A DNA stretch of 64,000 nt from an uncultured Acidobacteriota bacterium (GCA_963713825.1 CAVQNG010000003.1:553794-617793); one strand, 5' to 3'; shown: positions 30,116-40,070, counted from the first letter of the stretch. The notes: generated from the sequence alone by a model not told the origin. Made by a program: numbers and translations.

Positions 30116-30819
30116 CAACTGTACCCACCGTCGCCGACCGTGTCCGTGGCATTCGCCAGCGCATCGCTGCAGCCTGCGATCGCTGTGGCCGAGACCCCGC
30201 GGAAGTGACTCTGCTGGGCGCCAGCAAGAGCCAGCCTCTAGAACGCATGCAAGAGGCCTGGGCCGCGGGAGTCGAGGTCTTTGGAGAGAACCGGGTCCAG
30301 GAGGCCCTGGCCAAGATGCCCAGTCTCCCAGCCGGAATCGATTGGCATCTGATCGGACCGCTGCAGACCAACAAGGTCAAGAAAGTCGTGCCGCGATTCT
30401 CGACTGTCCACGCCATCGACCGGATCAAGCTGGCCCATGCCCTCGACAAGGAGGCCCAAAGGTCAGAGCGCACCATCGACGGTTTCCTCGAAGTGAATCT
30501 CGGTGGTGAAGAGACCAAGCACGGCTTTCAGCCCGACGATGTGGTGAACGCAGCCGAGCAACTCGCCGCCTTGCAGTCCGTGCGCCTGGTCGGTCTCATG
30601 GCAATTCCGCCAGTCGAGAGCGAAGAAGCGGCGATTCGCGGCTGGTTTCGACAATTGCGAAGTCTTCGCGACGCTCTGCGCCCAGGGCTCGGCTGGCAGG
30701 AATCGGACGGCTACCTCTCCATGGGCATGAGTCAGGACTTCGAGGTCGCCATCGAAGAAGGTGCGACCCATGTGAGAATCGGCACGGCCCTGTTCGGTCC
30801 TCGCGAGATGCGACCGTAG
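30112..30819 (+). CDS. yggS: YggS-family PLP-binding homeostasis protein
   Basis: LLGASKSQP, VFGENRVQE, HLIGPLQTNK, MGMSQDFEVAIEEGATHVRIGTALFG. Confidence 0.9.
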   Translation: MTTVPTVADRVRGIRQRIAAACDRCGRDPAEVTLLGASKSQPLERMQEAWAAGVEVFGENRVQEALAKMPSLPAGIDWHLIGPLQTNKVKKVVPRFSTVHAIDRIKLAHALDKEAQRSERTIDGFLEVNLGGEETKHGFQPDDVVNAAEQLAALQSVRLVGLMAIPPVESEEAAIRGWFRQLRSLRDALRPGLGWQESDGYLSMGMSQDFEVAIEEGATHVRIGTALFGPREMRP

Positions 30820-30861
30820 CCGCCCGCAGATCCCCGGAGTTCATCGACCCCTCTGGACCTC

Positions 30862-31164
30862 ATGCCGAAGTCAGTTCCGCTCGCTGCAACGACCCGCAGA
30901 CTCCTGGCGCACTACAGCGAGAGCAGCGTAGAGCTCCCACAACACCAGGCCTTCTTGATCGGCCGTCTCTTCGAGGAAGGCGATACTCCAGATCTCCGTT
31001 GGCTGACAGACAACGTCAGCGAAGAGGAGCTCTCGGGCTGGCTTCGGACGTACGGAGGTCGCTCCCTCTCGCAACGCTCGCTGGCCTTCTGGGCGACCCT
31101 GCTGAGAGATCCACAAGCCATCGCCGACCGGCCCGCAGCCAATGAGGACCTATGGCCCCTTTGA
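30862..31164 (+). CDS. Small protein (100 aa), putative cognate partner/antitoxin of the downstream AbiEii-like nucleotidyltransferase
   Basis: ORF overlaps the downstream gene by 13 nt. No recognisable domain by eye. Confidence 0.45.
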   Translation: MPKSVPLAATTRRLLAHYSESSVELPQHQAFLIGRLFEEGDTPDLRWLTDNVSEEELSGWLRTYGGRSLSQRSLAFWATLLRDPQAIADRPAANEDLWPL

Positions 31165-31829
31165 CAATTCGCCATCCCGAGAGCCTGTCACCCAAGAGCA
31201 CGGCTCTTCTTTCTGAACTGGCAAGTCTCGAGTGGGCCACGGAGACTTATCTGGCAGGCTCGGCAGCCCTCGCTCTCTACTTGGGACATCGTCCCGTTCG
31301 CGACCTCGATCTCATGAGCCCTGTGCTGCGGCTGCGCGCCGTCGACCGGCGCGACATCCTGCAGGACCTGCTGAGTGTGGATCAAGCCTGCCGAGTGGAA
31401 ACGGCTCGCGATGGGTTCCTCTACGCCCGGATGAGCGGAGAAGTCGCCCTCAGGCTCTTCTACTACCCCTACCCACAAGTCGACGCCGTAACCGAGCACC
31501 AGGGACTCACGGTGGCTTCACCCATCGATCTCGGACTCATGAAGCTGGGGGCCATCATCAGTCGCGGCACTTGTCGGGATTTCGTCGACCTTTATCTACT
31601 CTGCCAGAACCTTCCCTTGGCAGAGCTGCTGGAGGCGTCGGTCCACAAATTCGGACATGTGAGGGATTTCCCCATCCAGGCCCTCAAAGGACTCAGTGAC
31701 CTCTCGCAGACGACAGGTGAGCCCATGCCTATCCTGTCCAGGCCTGTTGATTGGGAGGATGTGGTTGCCTGGACGAGAGAGCAAGTCGAGACCCTGGGCC
31801 GCGAACGCATAGGATTGGAACTGCCATGA
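31152..31829 (+). CDS. Nucleotidyltransferase of the AbiEii/AbiGii (DUF1814-like) toxin family
   Basis: N-terminal LAGSAALALYLGHRPVRDLDLM resembles the AbiEii GGTAL...R.S.DLD motif. About 225 aa. Stop overlaps the hutI start (ATGA). Confidence 0.55.
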   Translation: MAPLTIRHPESLSPKSTALLSELASLEWATETYLAGSAALALYLGHRPVRDLDLMSPVLRLRAVDRRDILQDLLSVDQACRVETARDGFLYARMSGEVALRLFYYPYPQVDAVTEHQGLTVASPIDLGLMKLGAIISRGTCRDFVDLYLLCQNLPLAELLEASVHKFGHVRDFPIQALKGLSDLSQTTGEPMPILSRPVDWEDVVAWTREQVETLGRERIGLELP

Positions 31830-33097
31830 GCGAACTGTTGATCACCAACCTGTCCGAAATCGCCACACCGATTGGTAACGAGGCTCTGACCGGAGTCGAT
31901 CAAGGCAAGGTTCGTCGCTTGTCAGGGGTCGAAGTCTTGTGCCGAGACGAAGAGATCGCAGGCGTCGGGACGAGGGACGAGATCGAGCGCCAAATGGGCT
32001 CCCTGGAGGCGGTCGAGCGACTCGATGCCGATGGCGGCACCCTGGTGCCGGGGTTCGTGGACCCGCACACCCACCTGCCCTGGGCGGGCAGTCGCGAGGC
32101 AGAGTTCGCTCAGCGCCTGGCGGGTAAGACCTACATGGAGATCGCCGCCGAGGGCGGGGGAATACTGTCCACCGTGCGCGCCACGCGTGAGGCTTCGGAA
32201 CCGGACCTCGCCGAGAGAGTCCTGGATCGCCTCGACCTGATGCTCACCCATGGCACGACTACCGCCGAGGCCAAGAGTGGCTACGGTCTGACCCTCGACG
32301 ACGAGTTGAAGCAACTGCGGGCAATCCGCCACGCCTCCGAGGAGCATCCGGTCGACCTGATACCGACGCTTCTCGCGGCTCATGAGACTCCGCCCGAGTA
32401 TCGCCAACAGAGGGACCGCTATCTCGACATCGTCTGCCAGGAGATCATCCCCGCCACCTCCGAGGCTGGGCTCGCCCAGTTCTGCGATGTCTTCTGTGAG
32501 GAGGGCGTCTTCACGGCCGAGGAATCCCACCGCGTGCTGACAGCCGGTGCAGAGAATGGCCTGGCCCCGAGACTTCACGCCGACGAGTTTGTCGACTCAG
32601 GCGGCGCCGAGTTGGCGGCCGAGCTCAAGGCCCTGTCGGCCGATCACCTCACCGCAGTCTCTCCGGCCGGCGTCGAGGCGATGGCAGCCACCGGCGTTAC
32701 GGCGGTTCTGCTGCCGGGAACCAGCTTCTTCCTCATGAAGCACAAATACGCACCGGCTCGTAGACTCCTCGAGGCGGGCGTGCCGATTGCCCTGGCCACC
32801 GACTGTAATCCGGGATCCTCCTTCACCGAGTCGGTGCCGATGGTCTTCGTACTGGCGGTTTACGAGTTGGGGCTATCGATCGAAGAGGCCTTGACCGCGG
32901 CGACACTGAATGCCGCCTGCTGCCTGGACCTCGGTGAGCGCATCGGATCGATCGAAGTCGGCAAGCAGGCCGACCTGGTAGTTCTCGCCGCACCGAACCT
33001 GCTGCACCTCGCCTACCACTACGGCATCAACCTGGTGAGCGCCGTCGTCAAGAGCGGCAAAGTCGTGCATCAGGCCAGCAACTACAAGCACCTATAA
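31826..33097 (+). CDS. hutI: Imidazolonepropionase. The track start at 31751 is upstream; the ATG at 31826 is preferred.
   Basis: GFVDPHTHLPWAGSREAEFAQRLAGKTYMEIAAEGGGILSTV and amidohydrolase metal ligands (HADE...DCNPGSS). Confidence 0.9.
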   Translation: MSELLITNLSEIATPIGNEALTGVDQGKVRRLSGVEVLCRDEEIAGVGTRDEIERQMGSLEAVERLDADGGTLVPGFVDPHTHLPWAGSREAEFAQRLAGKTYMEIAAEGGGILSTVRATREASEPDLAERVLDRLDLMLTHGTTTAEAKSGYGLTLDDELKQLRAIRHASEEHPVDLIPTLLAAHETPPEYRQQRDRYLDIVCQEIIPATSEAGLAQFCDVFCEEGVFTAEESHRVLTAGAENGLAPRLHADEFVDSGGAELAAELKALSADHLTAVSPAGVEAMAATGVTAVLLPGTSFFLMKHKYAPARRLLEAGVPIALATDCNPGSSFTESVPMVFVLAVYELGLSIEEALTAATLNAACCLDLGERIGSIEVGKQADLVVLAAPNLLHLAYHYGINLVSAVVKSGKVVHQASNYKHL

Positions 33098-33099
33098 AG

Positions 33100-33249
33100 A
33101 GGGGGCATAGGGGCGTAGGGGCTTAAGGGCTTAGGGGCGCGGGAGGGGGGGGGGCCACTGCCCTAAAGGTCAGCCGGAGCGAGCGACGGCTGCCTCAACC
33201 CCCAAGCCCTCGAGGATCGGCCGGAGGTACGACCGGCCGCCTCAACTCT
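33100..33249. repeat. Composite GC-rich intergenic repeat (family member) between convergent hutI and the M49-like gene
   Basis: GGCATAGGGGCGTAGGGGCTTAAGGGCTTAGGGG, G11 run, then CTCAACCCCCAAGCCCTCGAGGATCGGCCGGAGGTACGACCGGCCGCCTCAAC. Confidence 0.75.
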
Positions 33250-34923
33250 CTAGGCCTGCGGATAGCTCGGGCGAATGTCCACCGGCACGTCGTCCAGGCG
33301 TCCGATCGCTTCCAGTAGCGGCGCCGATGCCTGGCCGTAGGTCTCGAGGAACTTCGCGGTTCCCTCGTAGTCGCCAGTCGCCTGCAACATCAGCATCTCG
33401 TTCAGCAGGACCTCGATCGCGGCGGGGAACTTCTCCGACACCGCGTGGAATCGCCCTTCGGCATCGACTTCCAGAGCACCCTTTTCCAGCAGATAATTGA
33501 ACTGCGAGACCACGCCTTGCCCGTGCGCCTCGTGGACACCGAAGCGCGCTGCCCGGAACAACCCCGCCACATACGTCGCTTCCAGGGTCTCGCGCAGCTC
33601 CTTCGGCATCACACCCTTGTCGACCAAGGCGAGGATGTTATAGACGCCCATGACGTCGGCCTTGGCCTCCTCCATCGTGGAGTAGAGCTCCTTGAGCTCC
33701 AGTCGAACCTCGGTGTCGCGTCCGTCGAGTTGGATGAGACCCGGCCCCAAGCCGTGGCTCAACTCGTGATGCAGACTCTCGCTGAAGAACGCATCGAAGG
33801 AGACGCGGGACAGATCTTCCGGCGCCAGGACACGCTCGGCGATCGGCATCAGGATCTTGTCGAACTTGGCTCGCAGAATGTTGCGCAGCATCACCTTCTT
33901 CGATCCCTTCGCCTCGCGCACCCGCTCGTCGTTGGGAAGATTGAAGGCCAGGGTCTGGACTCCGGCCTTGGTGTCTCCACCAGCGAACAGCACATCGACG
34001 ACTCGGATCGGGCTTTCCGTGCCGCGGTCCAGGTTCTTGTGCTCCTCCGGAATGGGCAGGTTCATCTCCAACCACGGCAATTCCTGTTTGAAGCCATCAA
34101 GGGCCGCCGACTCCGCGGGCAAAGCCACGGTGACGAAGGCCTCGTAGGCAGCTTTGTAGCCGAAGAGGCTGTCCTCGTAGGTCTCATAGGGACCGATCGT
34201 CACCTCGACGGGCGAGTCCAGATCCATCCAAGCCACGTCACTGTCGTAGTAATCGTCGGTCTCGAAAGCGTCAGCCCGTAGGGATAGAAAGCTCTGAAGT
34301 GAGGCGTTGTCGGTTGCCGCGGCCGCCTCCCGCAGGTTGGCGATCGCCGGCTCCAGCCACTGGTGGTACTCCTGAGCGTAGGGCACTGCGACCAGTCCGC
34401 CGTCCTGCCGGCGAATCACCGTGAACTCAGAGGTAAAGGCCTCTTCATCCTCTGGGTGCTCGGCGAGCCAGGTCTCGAACTCACTCTGCGTCATATCTTC
34501 TGGGTAGTAGCCGGCCCCTGGTGGGTGCGGCTTGGCCCCGATAAAAGGCGCCATCTCTTCCAGGCGGTCCCACGGACCGAAGTTGACGCTGAAGTAGGCG
34601 CGGCCTGCATCCATCTCGGCACCCTGGGCGTCCTCGAGCTCCGCTTGCAGCGCCGGGTTACCCTGCCAAACCTGACGCAGAAAGATTTCGTCCATCGAGC
34701 GGGCCGCCTGGACCAGGATCTCCAGGACTCGAAGCTCGTCCTCGGACAAGCTCGAAACGTCGGCGACCAACTCGGTCGGCTCGAAACGGGCCAGCCTTTC
34801 GGCGACGTTGGCAGCCACCTCCAGGCCCTCTCCGGCTGCAGGACCAGGCCCCTGCTCGGCCTTCGGGGCGCACCCAGCGAGAACCGCGACGATCAAGACT
34901 CCACTGATTAGCCTCATGTTCAT
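33250..34923 (-). CDS. Secreted/lipoprotein zinc metallopeptidase, DPP-III (M49)-like
   Basis: Lipobox LAGCAP. HELSHGLG (HExxH) with downstream EEAKAD. Overall length and layout resemble bacterial DPP3-family hydrolases. Confidence 0.6.
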   Translation of the reverse strand: MNMRLISGVLIVAVLAGCAPKAEQGPGPAAGEGLEVAANVAERLARFEPTELVADVSSLSEDELRVLEILVQAARSMDEIFLRQVWQGNPALQAELEDAQGAEMDAGRAYFSVNFGPWDRLEEMAPFIGAKPHPPGAGYYPEDMTQSEFETWLAEHPEDEEAFTSEFTVIRRQDGGLVAVPYAQEYHQWLEPAIANLREAAAATDNASLQSFLSLRADAFETDDYYDSDVAWMDLDSPVEVTIGPYETYEDSLFGYKAAYEAFVTVALPAESAALDGFKQELPWLEMNLPIPEEHKNLDRGTESPIRVVDVLFAGGDTKAGVQTLAFNLPNDERVREAKGSKKVMLRNILRAKFDKILMPIAERVLAPEDLSRVSFDAFFSESLHHELSHGLGPGLIQLDGRDTEVRLELKELYSTMEEAKADVMGVYNILALVDKGVMPKELRETLEATYVAGLFRAARFGVHEAHGQGVVSQFNYLLEKGALEVDAEGRFHAVSEKFPAAIEVLLNEMLMLQATGDYEGTAKFLETYGQASAPLLEAIGRLDDVPVDIRPSYPQA

Positions 34924-35147
34924 CCTCCTGTTCAGACCTGTTTCACCGCAGCAGAGAACCCGACTCGAAACATCTCGGGCTGTATATCTTCCTCACTCCA
35001 GAGGCTATGCCTGTTGAGCTCTCCCGGCAAGGGTTTGGGCCTGTAAACCAGGTCATCACGCTCCTCGGACACGCTGAGCTACAATCCGCCCCGTATCTGG
35101 CCCCGGCCTCATTCGAGTCCGATCGTGGCCAGCCAAGGAGAACGGTC

Positions 35148-35639
35148 ATGAACAAACTCAGATGGTGCGGATTGATCACGGGTCTCCTGCTTCTGGTCTC
35201 TTCCTCTCCCTCGATGGCGGAGCTGGGCTACCAGACCTGGGGTCTCCGCGGTGGCGTCGGTGTCGATCCCGATCAGGGAATCATCGGAGTCCAGTGGAAC
35301 CTGGGCAACTTCACCCGCAGAATCCGGCTGCAGCCCAACTTCGAGCTCGGCTTTGGCGACAACGCCGTCATCGGCAACCTGGGGATTCCGATTCACTATC
35401 GGTTCGGGAACAGTCCAAACTACACCCCTTTCGTAGGGGGCGGAGTGTTGCTCGGCTACATCAACTATGACGAGAAAAAGTCCGGCAGCAGCAGCGACTG
35501 GTTCATCGAGCCCCTGGCCTTGGTGGGTATCGAGTGGCCCCTGAGTGGAGGCGGCCAGCTCTTCGTCGAGCTAGACCTGTCCTTCGGAGACGCCCATGAC
35601 GCCAAGTTACTCCTCGGCTGGATGCGGCGAATTCGCTAG
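35148..35639 (+). CDS. Small outer-membrane beta-barrel-like protein (signal peptide + alternating beta pattern)
   Basis: Start MNKLRWCGLITGLLLLVSSSPSMA. G/aromatic-rich alternating strands. The track ORF starts earlier at 35007. Confidence 0.5.
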   Translation: MNKLRWCGLITGLLLLVSSSPSMAELGYQTWGLRGGVGVDPDQGIIGVQWNLGNFTRRIRLQPNFELGFGDNAVIGNLGIPIHYRFGNSPNYTPFVGGGVLLGYINYDEKKSGSSSDWFIEPLALVGIEWPLSGGGQLFVELDLSFGDAHDAKLLLGWMRRIR

Positions 35640-35686
35640 GCGCTATCGCACAGTCTGTGGGTTCTAGAACCTCGTGTGGCACGAGC

Positions 35687-36322
35687 TCACTCGTCCACTA
35701 CAGCTGAACGGCTTGCCAGATCGAGAAGGCCCTCTCCTTCCATGATCTGCGATCGTCGCCGATCCGTCCGGAAGGTGAGAGTCAGCGCCAACGGATCGTC
35801 GCCACCCTTGGCTTTCGCCAACCAGGCTCGAAGCACCGACGCCGGCAGATCCTCGCGGCGATAGCCCCAGACTTCGACACTCAGGCGCTCGGTCGTGACC
35901 CGTTGCTCGTTCGGGTTCTGTGTTTCCCAGGCTAGTGCCGGACGGGTGGAGATACTCAGATGCGTCGGTGAGCCCAGCAAGATCAGCGCCCGGCCGCGAG
36001 CCGTCAAACTGCCGCGGATACCCTCCTCTGCGTACAGCACATCCGCCGCCGCAACACGCTGCTCGTAGGCCTCATGGTAGGGATTGCCGGGCTCCTCTGG
36101 GCGAGGATCTCGCCGCGACCAGAAAGCCTCGATGAAGGTGGCAGCCTCCTCCGGGTCCTGAATCTGACGGATCTCCCTTCGCTCGCTCGGCAGGAGGAGC
36201 CATCGGACGGGACCCTCTGCCCAGGCGCTCGGATCCTCCGGCCCCGCAGCCCAGGCGCGAGCCGGTGGCCAGCCAACACCAAGAACCACAATCACGGTCA
36301 AGCCGAGAGCCAGGTTCCGCAT
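35687..36322 (-). CDS. Secreted hypothetical protein, GWxTD-domain-like
   Basis: FIEAFWSRRDPRPEEPGNPYHEAYEQRVAAADVLY...ALILLGSPTHL follows the GWxTD-family pattern but lacks the GWxTD tetrapeptide itself. Confidence 0.45.
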   Translation of the reverse strand: MRNLALGLTVIVVLGVGWPPARAWAAGPEDPSAWAEGPVRWLLLPSERREIRQIQDPEEAATFIEAFWSRRDPRPEEPGNPYHEAYEQRVAAADVLYAEEGIRGSLTARGRALILLGSPTHLSISTRPALAWETQNPNEQRVTTERLSVEVWGYRREDLPASVLRAWLAKAKGGDDPLALTLTFRTDRRRSQIMEGEGLLDLASRSAVVDE

Positions 36323-36350
36323 GATCAGACCTGCCCCGAGGACGCCAAGG

Positions 36351-37718
36351 TTAGTCCTGATCGTCCTCGTGTGAAGGCAGCTTCCAGTGCACGGCCTCAT
36401 CGAACTCCCAACGGTAACGCGGGAAATAGACTCCCACTCCGCGCTCCGCGGAAATCATCGAGAAGCTCAAGAAACGGCGGTGATAGTCATAGGGGTACCC
36501 ATCTCGGGCATGGACAGCGACATCGAGCAGATACTCGCCGGGGGCCAGACGAAACGCTGGGCAAACGAGTCGCACAAGGGTCCGACCCTCGACTCCTTCC
36601 GAGGCGTATCCGGAGAGGCCCGTGTTGGTGCCCCAGACCTCGACATCCCGAGGCGTGAAGACGCCGATCCCGAAGACGAAGTCCGTCAACTCCTGATGCG
36701 CTTCGACTTCGATCTCGAAGCACACTTCCTCACCGCTCTCCAGGTTGTATTTCTCCTGACCGTTGGCGTCGAGTAACCGGACACCCAGGATCTCTGCCTC
36801 TCCCGAGCCCCATCGCCGCGGCTCCTCCGCGCCCTCGACACCAGCTTCCCCGTGTGATTGACTCCCCTGCTGACCATCGGCGTCGACGGCCTTGGTCGAA
36901 TCTATATCCGAAGCCTCTACGAGCTCTCTCTGGCGCGCCTCCTTGGCAGCCAGATGCGCCTCACCCTCTCGTTCGGCCACCGCCAATCGATAGGCATCCG
37001 CCACCCGCCGCGGTGAGCCGAGCAGTCGGTTGCGCCCCTTCTCGAGCCACAGCACCTCATCCGAAAACCGCTCGATGGTGTCCAGCGAGTGGCTGACCAG
37101 CAAGAGGGTGTTGCCCTTGGCGAGGAACTCCTCGATACGTCTTAGACAACGATGCTGAAAAGCCTCGTCTCCCACGGCCAGCACCTCGTCCACCAGCAGG
37201 ATCTCGGGGTCCGTATGGATCGCCACCGAGAATCCGAGTCTGACGTACATGCCCGAAGAGTAGTTCTTGACCGGCTCCTCGATGAAATCCGCCAACCCAG
37301 AGAACTCCACGATGTCGTCGTATCGGCGATCGATCTCCTTGCGGCTCAAACCCAGAACCGCACCGTTGATGTAGACGTTCTCGCGACCCGAGATCTCGGG
37401 ATGGAAGCCGGCTCCCAACTCGATCAGTGCGGCCACCCGGCCCGTCACGTCGACGCTCCCCTCGGTCGGCTGCAACATGCCCGCGAGGATCTTGAGCAGG
37501 GTCGACTTGCCGGACCCATTGCTGCCGATGACGCCGAACGCGGTTCCTTTCTTGACCGTGAAGGAGACGTCTTCCAGCGCCAGAATGGTGTCTTCCTCAC
37601 GATGACCTCCAACCAGGCTGCGTTGGAGCAGCGCACTCTTGAGCGTCCTCAACCGGAAGCCAGGCGCCATCCGCAGATAGGACTTGTGCAGGTTCTCGAC
37701 CTGGATGGCGACGCTCAT
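36351..37718 (-). CDS. ABC transporter ATP-binding protein, polysaccharide/O-antigen exporter type (Wzt/TagH-like) with ~200-aa C-terminal extension
   Basis: Start MSVAIQVENL (ATG 37716-37718), Walker A GSNGSGKST, signature YSSGM, Walker B LLVDEVLAVGD. 4-nt overlap with the permease. Confidence 0.9.
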   Translation of the reverse strand: MSVAIQVENLHKSYLRMAPGFRLRTLKSALLQRSLVGGHREEDTILALEDVSFTVKKGTAFGVIGSNGSGKSTLLKILAGMLQPTEGSVDVTGRVAALIELGAGFHPEISGRENVYINGAVLGLSRKEIDRRYDDIVEFSGLADFIEEPVKNYSSGMYVRLGFSVAIHTDPEILLVDEVLAVGDEAFQHRCLRRIEEFLAKGNTLLLVSHSLDTIERFSDEVLWLEKGRNRLLGSPRRVADAYRLAVAEREGEAHLAAKEARQRELVEASDIDSTKAVDADGQQGSQSHGEAGVEGAEEPRRWGSGEAEILGVRLLDANGQEKYNLESGEEVCFEIEVEAHQELTDFVFGIGVFTPRDVEVWGTNTGLSGYASEGVEGRTLVRLVCPAFRLAPGEYLLDVAVHARDGYPYDYHRRFLSFSMISAERGVGVYFPRYRWEFDEAVHWKLPSHEDDQD

Positions 37719-38521
37719 ACCGCCTCCACCAGGCTGTCGCTGAGTCGGCCGAAGAGCCAGCAGCCCGCGACCCACAGAAGGGCACCCCAACCGACCATTT
37801 GAATCCAGATCTGCAATGACGGCACCACGCCCTGGAACAGAACAGCTTGGTAGGCCCGAGCGTACGGGGTGAAGGGATTGAGCCACTCGATCGCCCATAT
37901 CAGAGGAGGGTAGGCCTTGAGAAAATCGAGAGGGTAGATGATCGGCGTCAAGTAGAAAAGAAGCGCCAGCAGATTGCCGACAATGTCCTTGACGTCCTTG
38001 AAGTGGACATTGAGAGCCGACAGGCCCAGAGTCAAGCCGCCCAGAGCCGGTAGCTGTAGCGCCACGACGATTGGAAACAACACCACCGTCCATCCGCCGA
38101 TGGGATCGCCGAGGATCCGACCGATGATCAATCCGGCTACCAGAATCGGTATCGCGAAGACGAAGTGAACCAGGTTTGAGAGCACCGAGACCATGGGCAA
38201 GACCTCGGCGGGAAAGACAGCCTTGCGGATCAGCCCGGAGTTGGCCGTCAACGACTGGGTGCCCTCCATCAAGGAGGTGGCAACCCAGGTCCATGGAAAC
38301 AGACCGGTCATCAAGAAAAGTACGTACGGGTCCGTGCCTTCGAAGCGAGGCTTGAAGACCACGCTGAAGACGAAGGTGTAGACCCCAAGCAGCAACAGCG
38401 GAGTGACGAGTGACCAGAAGAACCCGAGCACGGAGCCCCGGTAGCGCGCCTTGAGCTCCCTCGACACCAGGGTGGCCAGCAGGCCGCGGAATCGGAACAG
38501 TCTGTCCGCAACTTTGGTCAT
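37715..38521 (-). CDS. ABC-2 type transporter permease (Wzm/TagG-like)
   Basis: MTKVADRLFRFRGLLATLVSRELKARYRGSVLGFFWSLVTPLLLLGVY... with six predicted TM segments. Confidence 0.85.
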   Translation of the reverse strand: MTKVADRLFRFRGLLATLVSRELKARYRGSVLGFFWSLVTPLLLLGVYTFVFSVVFKPRFEGTDPYVLFLMTGLFPWTWVATSLMEGTQSLTANSGLIRKAVFPAEVLPMVSVLSNLVHFVFAIPILVAGLIIGRILGDPIGGWTVVLFPIVVALQLPALGGLTLGLSALNVHFKDVKDIVGNLLALLFYLTPIIYPLDFLKAYPPLIWAIEWLNPFTPYARAYQAVLFQGVVPSLQIWIQMVGWGALLWVAGCWLFGRLSDSLVEAV

Positions 38522-38718
38522 TCTGAGAATCGGACTTTCACTCGGTCGCCCTGACGAGCCGGCATCGCCAACCCTGCCAAAGGCCTGTCCCGCTTGGCGC
38601 CAACGCAAAGAGTACAGCAACGCGACGCAACCATGGTGAACTCAAGCGGAGGCGATGAGAAACACCCCTCCAGATTAGCGCGAAAGGCTGCTATTCAGGT
38701 GACGTGCCGAGGACTGGA

Positions 38719-39906
38719 TCAACCACCCGTCTCGGCGCGGGTCCGCCGCTGATCTTCTTCCAGCCGTCGCAGGCGATCGAGCAGCTCCTGACGACGATGC
38801 TCCACCTCCGCCTCGTAGTCGATCAGCTTGCCGTTGTTGACGACATAGACCCGAGGATATTTCTGGACGTCGCCCCTCTCGTCGAACTGGATGGTACCGG
38901 CGGCACCCGTGAAGTCACGCAGCGATCGCACGGCGCTCCAGAATTCGTTTGGTATCGCACCGGATCGGCGCAGCGCCTCGGCCAGAACCATCATGGCGTC
39001 GAAGCCGTGCACGGCGTAGAGATTGGGGTCACTGTTGTACTTGGCTCGGTAGCTCTCCACGAAAGCCTTCGTCTCGGGCTCTTCTGAGTCGAGATCGAAG
39101 GCCGCCTGGGTCAGAAAAACGCCCTCTGCTGGCCGCCCCACCTTGGCAATGATCTCTGGCGCAGCAAAGGCCGAGGTCGTGAAGATGGTCTCCTTGTAAC
39201 CCTGGTCGCGCAGATAGCCGATCATCTGGGCCAGGTCGTCGGCATAGGCCGCCAGATAGACCGCGTCCGGCTGTAGGGTCATCACCCTCTCGATGACGCC
39301 GGACAGATCCGAGGACAGGGATGGAAACTCGATGGTCTCGACCACCTCTCCTCCGTGGCGCTCGAACTCCTTCCGAAAGACCTCCTGAATCCCCATGGCG
39401 TACTCACTTTGCTTGGCCAGGACCACGACCCTTTCGGCATTCATCTTCTGGGTCGCGAAGTTGCCCATCGTGGCACCCTCGCGGGCATCCGAAGGAAAAA
39501 CCCGATAGAAATTCTTCGAGATTCCGGTGAGCTGGGGCGTCGAGGCCGACGGCGACATCAGCACTCGATCGTTCTCGTCAGCCACTGCCACCATCGACAG
39601 AGCTTCGGGCGTCGTGACGCCGCCGATCACGGCCAATGCATCCTGTTCATAGAGATCCGCCAGGAGCTGCTTGGCTTTCTCTGGATCGCTCTCGGAATCG
39701 ACCACGACCAGCTCGAGCTCGTAGGGAAAGTCACCCAGCGTCTGGAGCTGCTCGATGGCCAGCTCCACGCCCTTGCGGATCGGCTCTCCGTAGACCGCAG
39801 CCTCCCCAGTCAAAGGCAGCACGGCCCCGAATTTGACCGGCTTGTCCTTTTGGCAGGCGACAACTGTCGAGAGCAGAACGAGCAGGAGAATGCTTTTCTT
39901 CGTCAT
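38719..39906 (-). CDS. ABC transporter substrate-binding lipoprotein, branched-chain amino acid (LivK/PBP type 1) family
   Basis: Lipobox VVACQ. KFGAVLPLTGEAAVYGEPIRKGVELAIEQ is typical of Peripla_BP_6. C-terminal coiled-coil tail. Confidence 0.8.
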   Translation of the reverse strand: MTKKSILLLVLLSTVVACQKDKPVKFGAVLPLTGEAAVYGEPIRKGVELAIEQLQTLGDFPYELELVVVDSESDPEKAKQLLADLYEQDALAVIGGVTTPEALSMVAVADENDRVLMSPSASTPQLTGISKNFYRVFPSDAREGATMGNFATQKMNAERVVVLAKQSEYAMGIQEVFRKEFERHGGEVVETIEFPSLSSDLSGVIERVMTLQPDAVYLAAYADDLAQMIGYLRDQGYKETIFTTSAFAAPEIIAKVGRPAEGVFLTQAAFDLDSEEPETKAFVESYRAKYNSDPNLYAVHGFDAMMVLAEALRRSGAIPNEFWSAVRSLRDFTGAAGTIQFDERGDVQKYPRVYVVNNGKLIDYEAEVEHRRQELLDRLRRLEEDQRRTRAETGG

Positions 39907-40070
39907 GGTCGATTCACCGGCTTTCCGTTGATTGAACCAAGAACCTTTCTAACCCACGACCTACACACTATCAAGCCATCGCAACCCTACCTCGAAAGAT
40001 TGCCACAGATCGACCTCATACCGCTAGTCGAGGCACCACAAATGTAGAAGAGCTAGAATAGACACCCGCC

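Noticed and set aside
35671-35685. Short hairpin CTCGTG-TGG-CACGAG between a convergent OMP-like gene and a GWxTD-like gene
   Set aside because: Only a 6-bp stem with no flanking T/A run; too weak to call a terminator.
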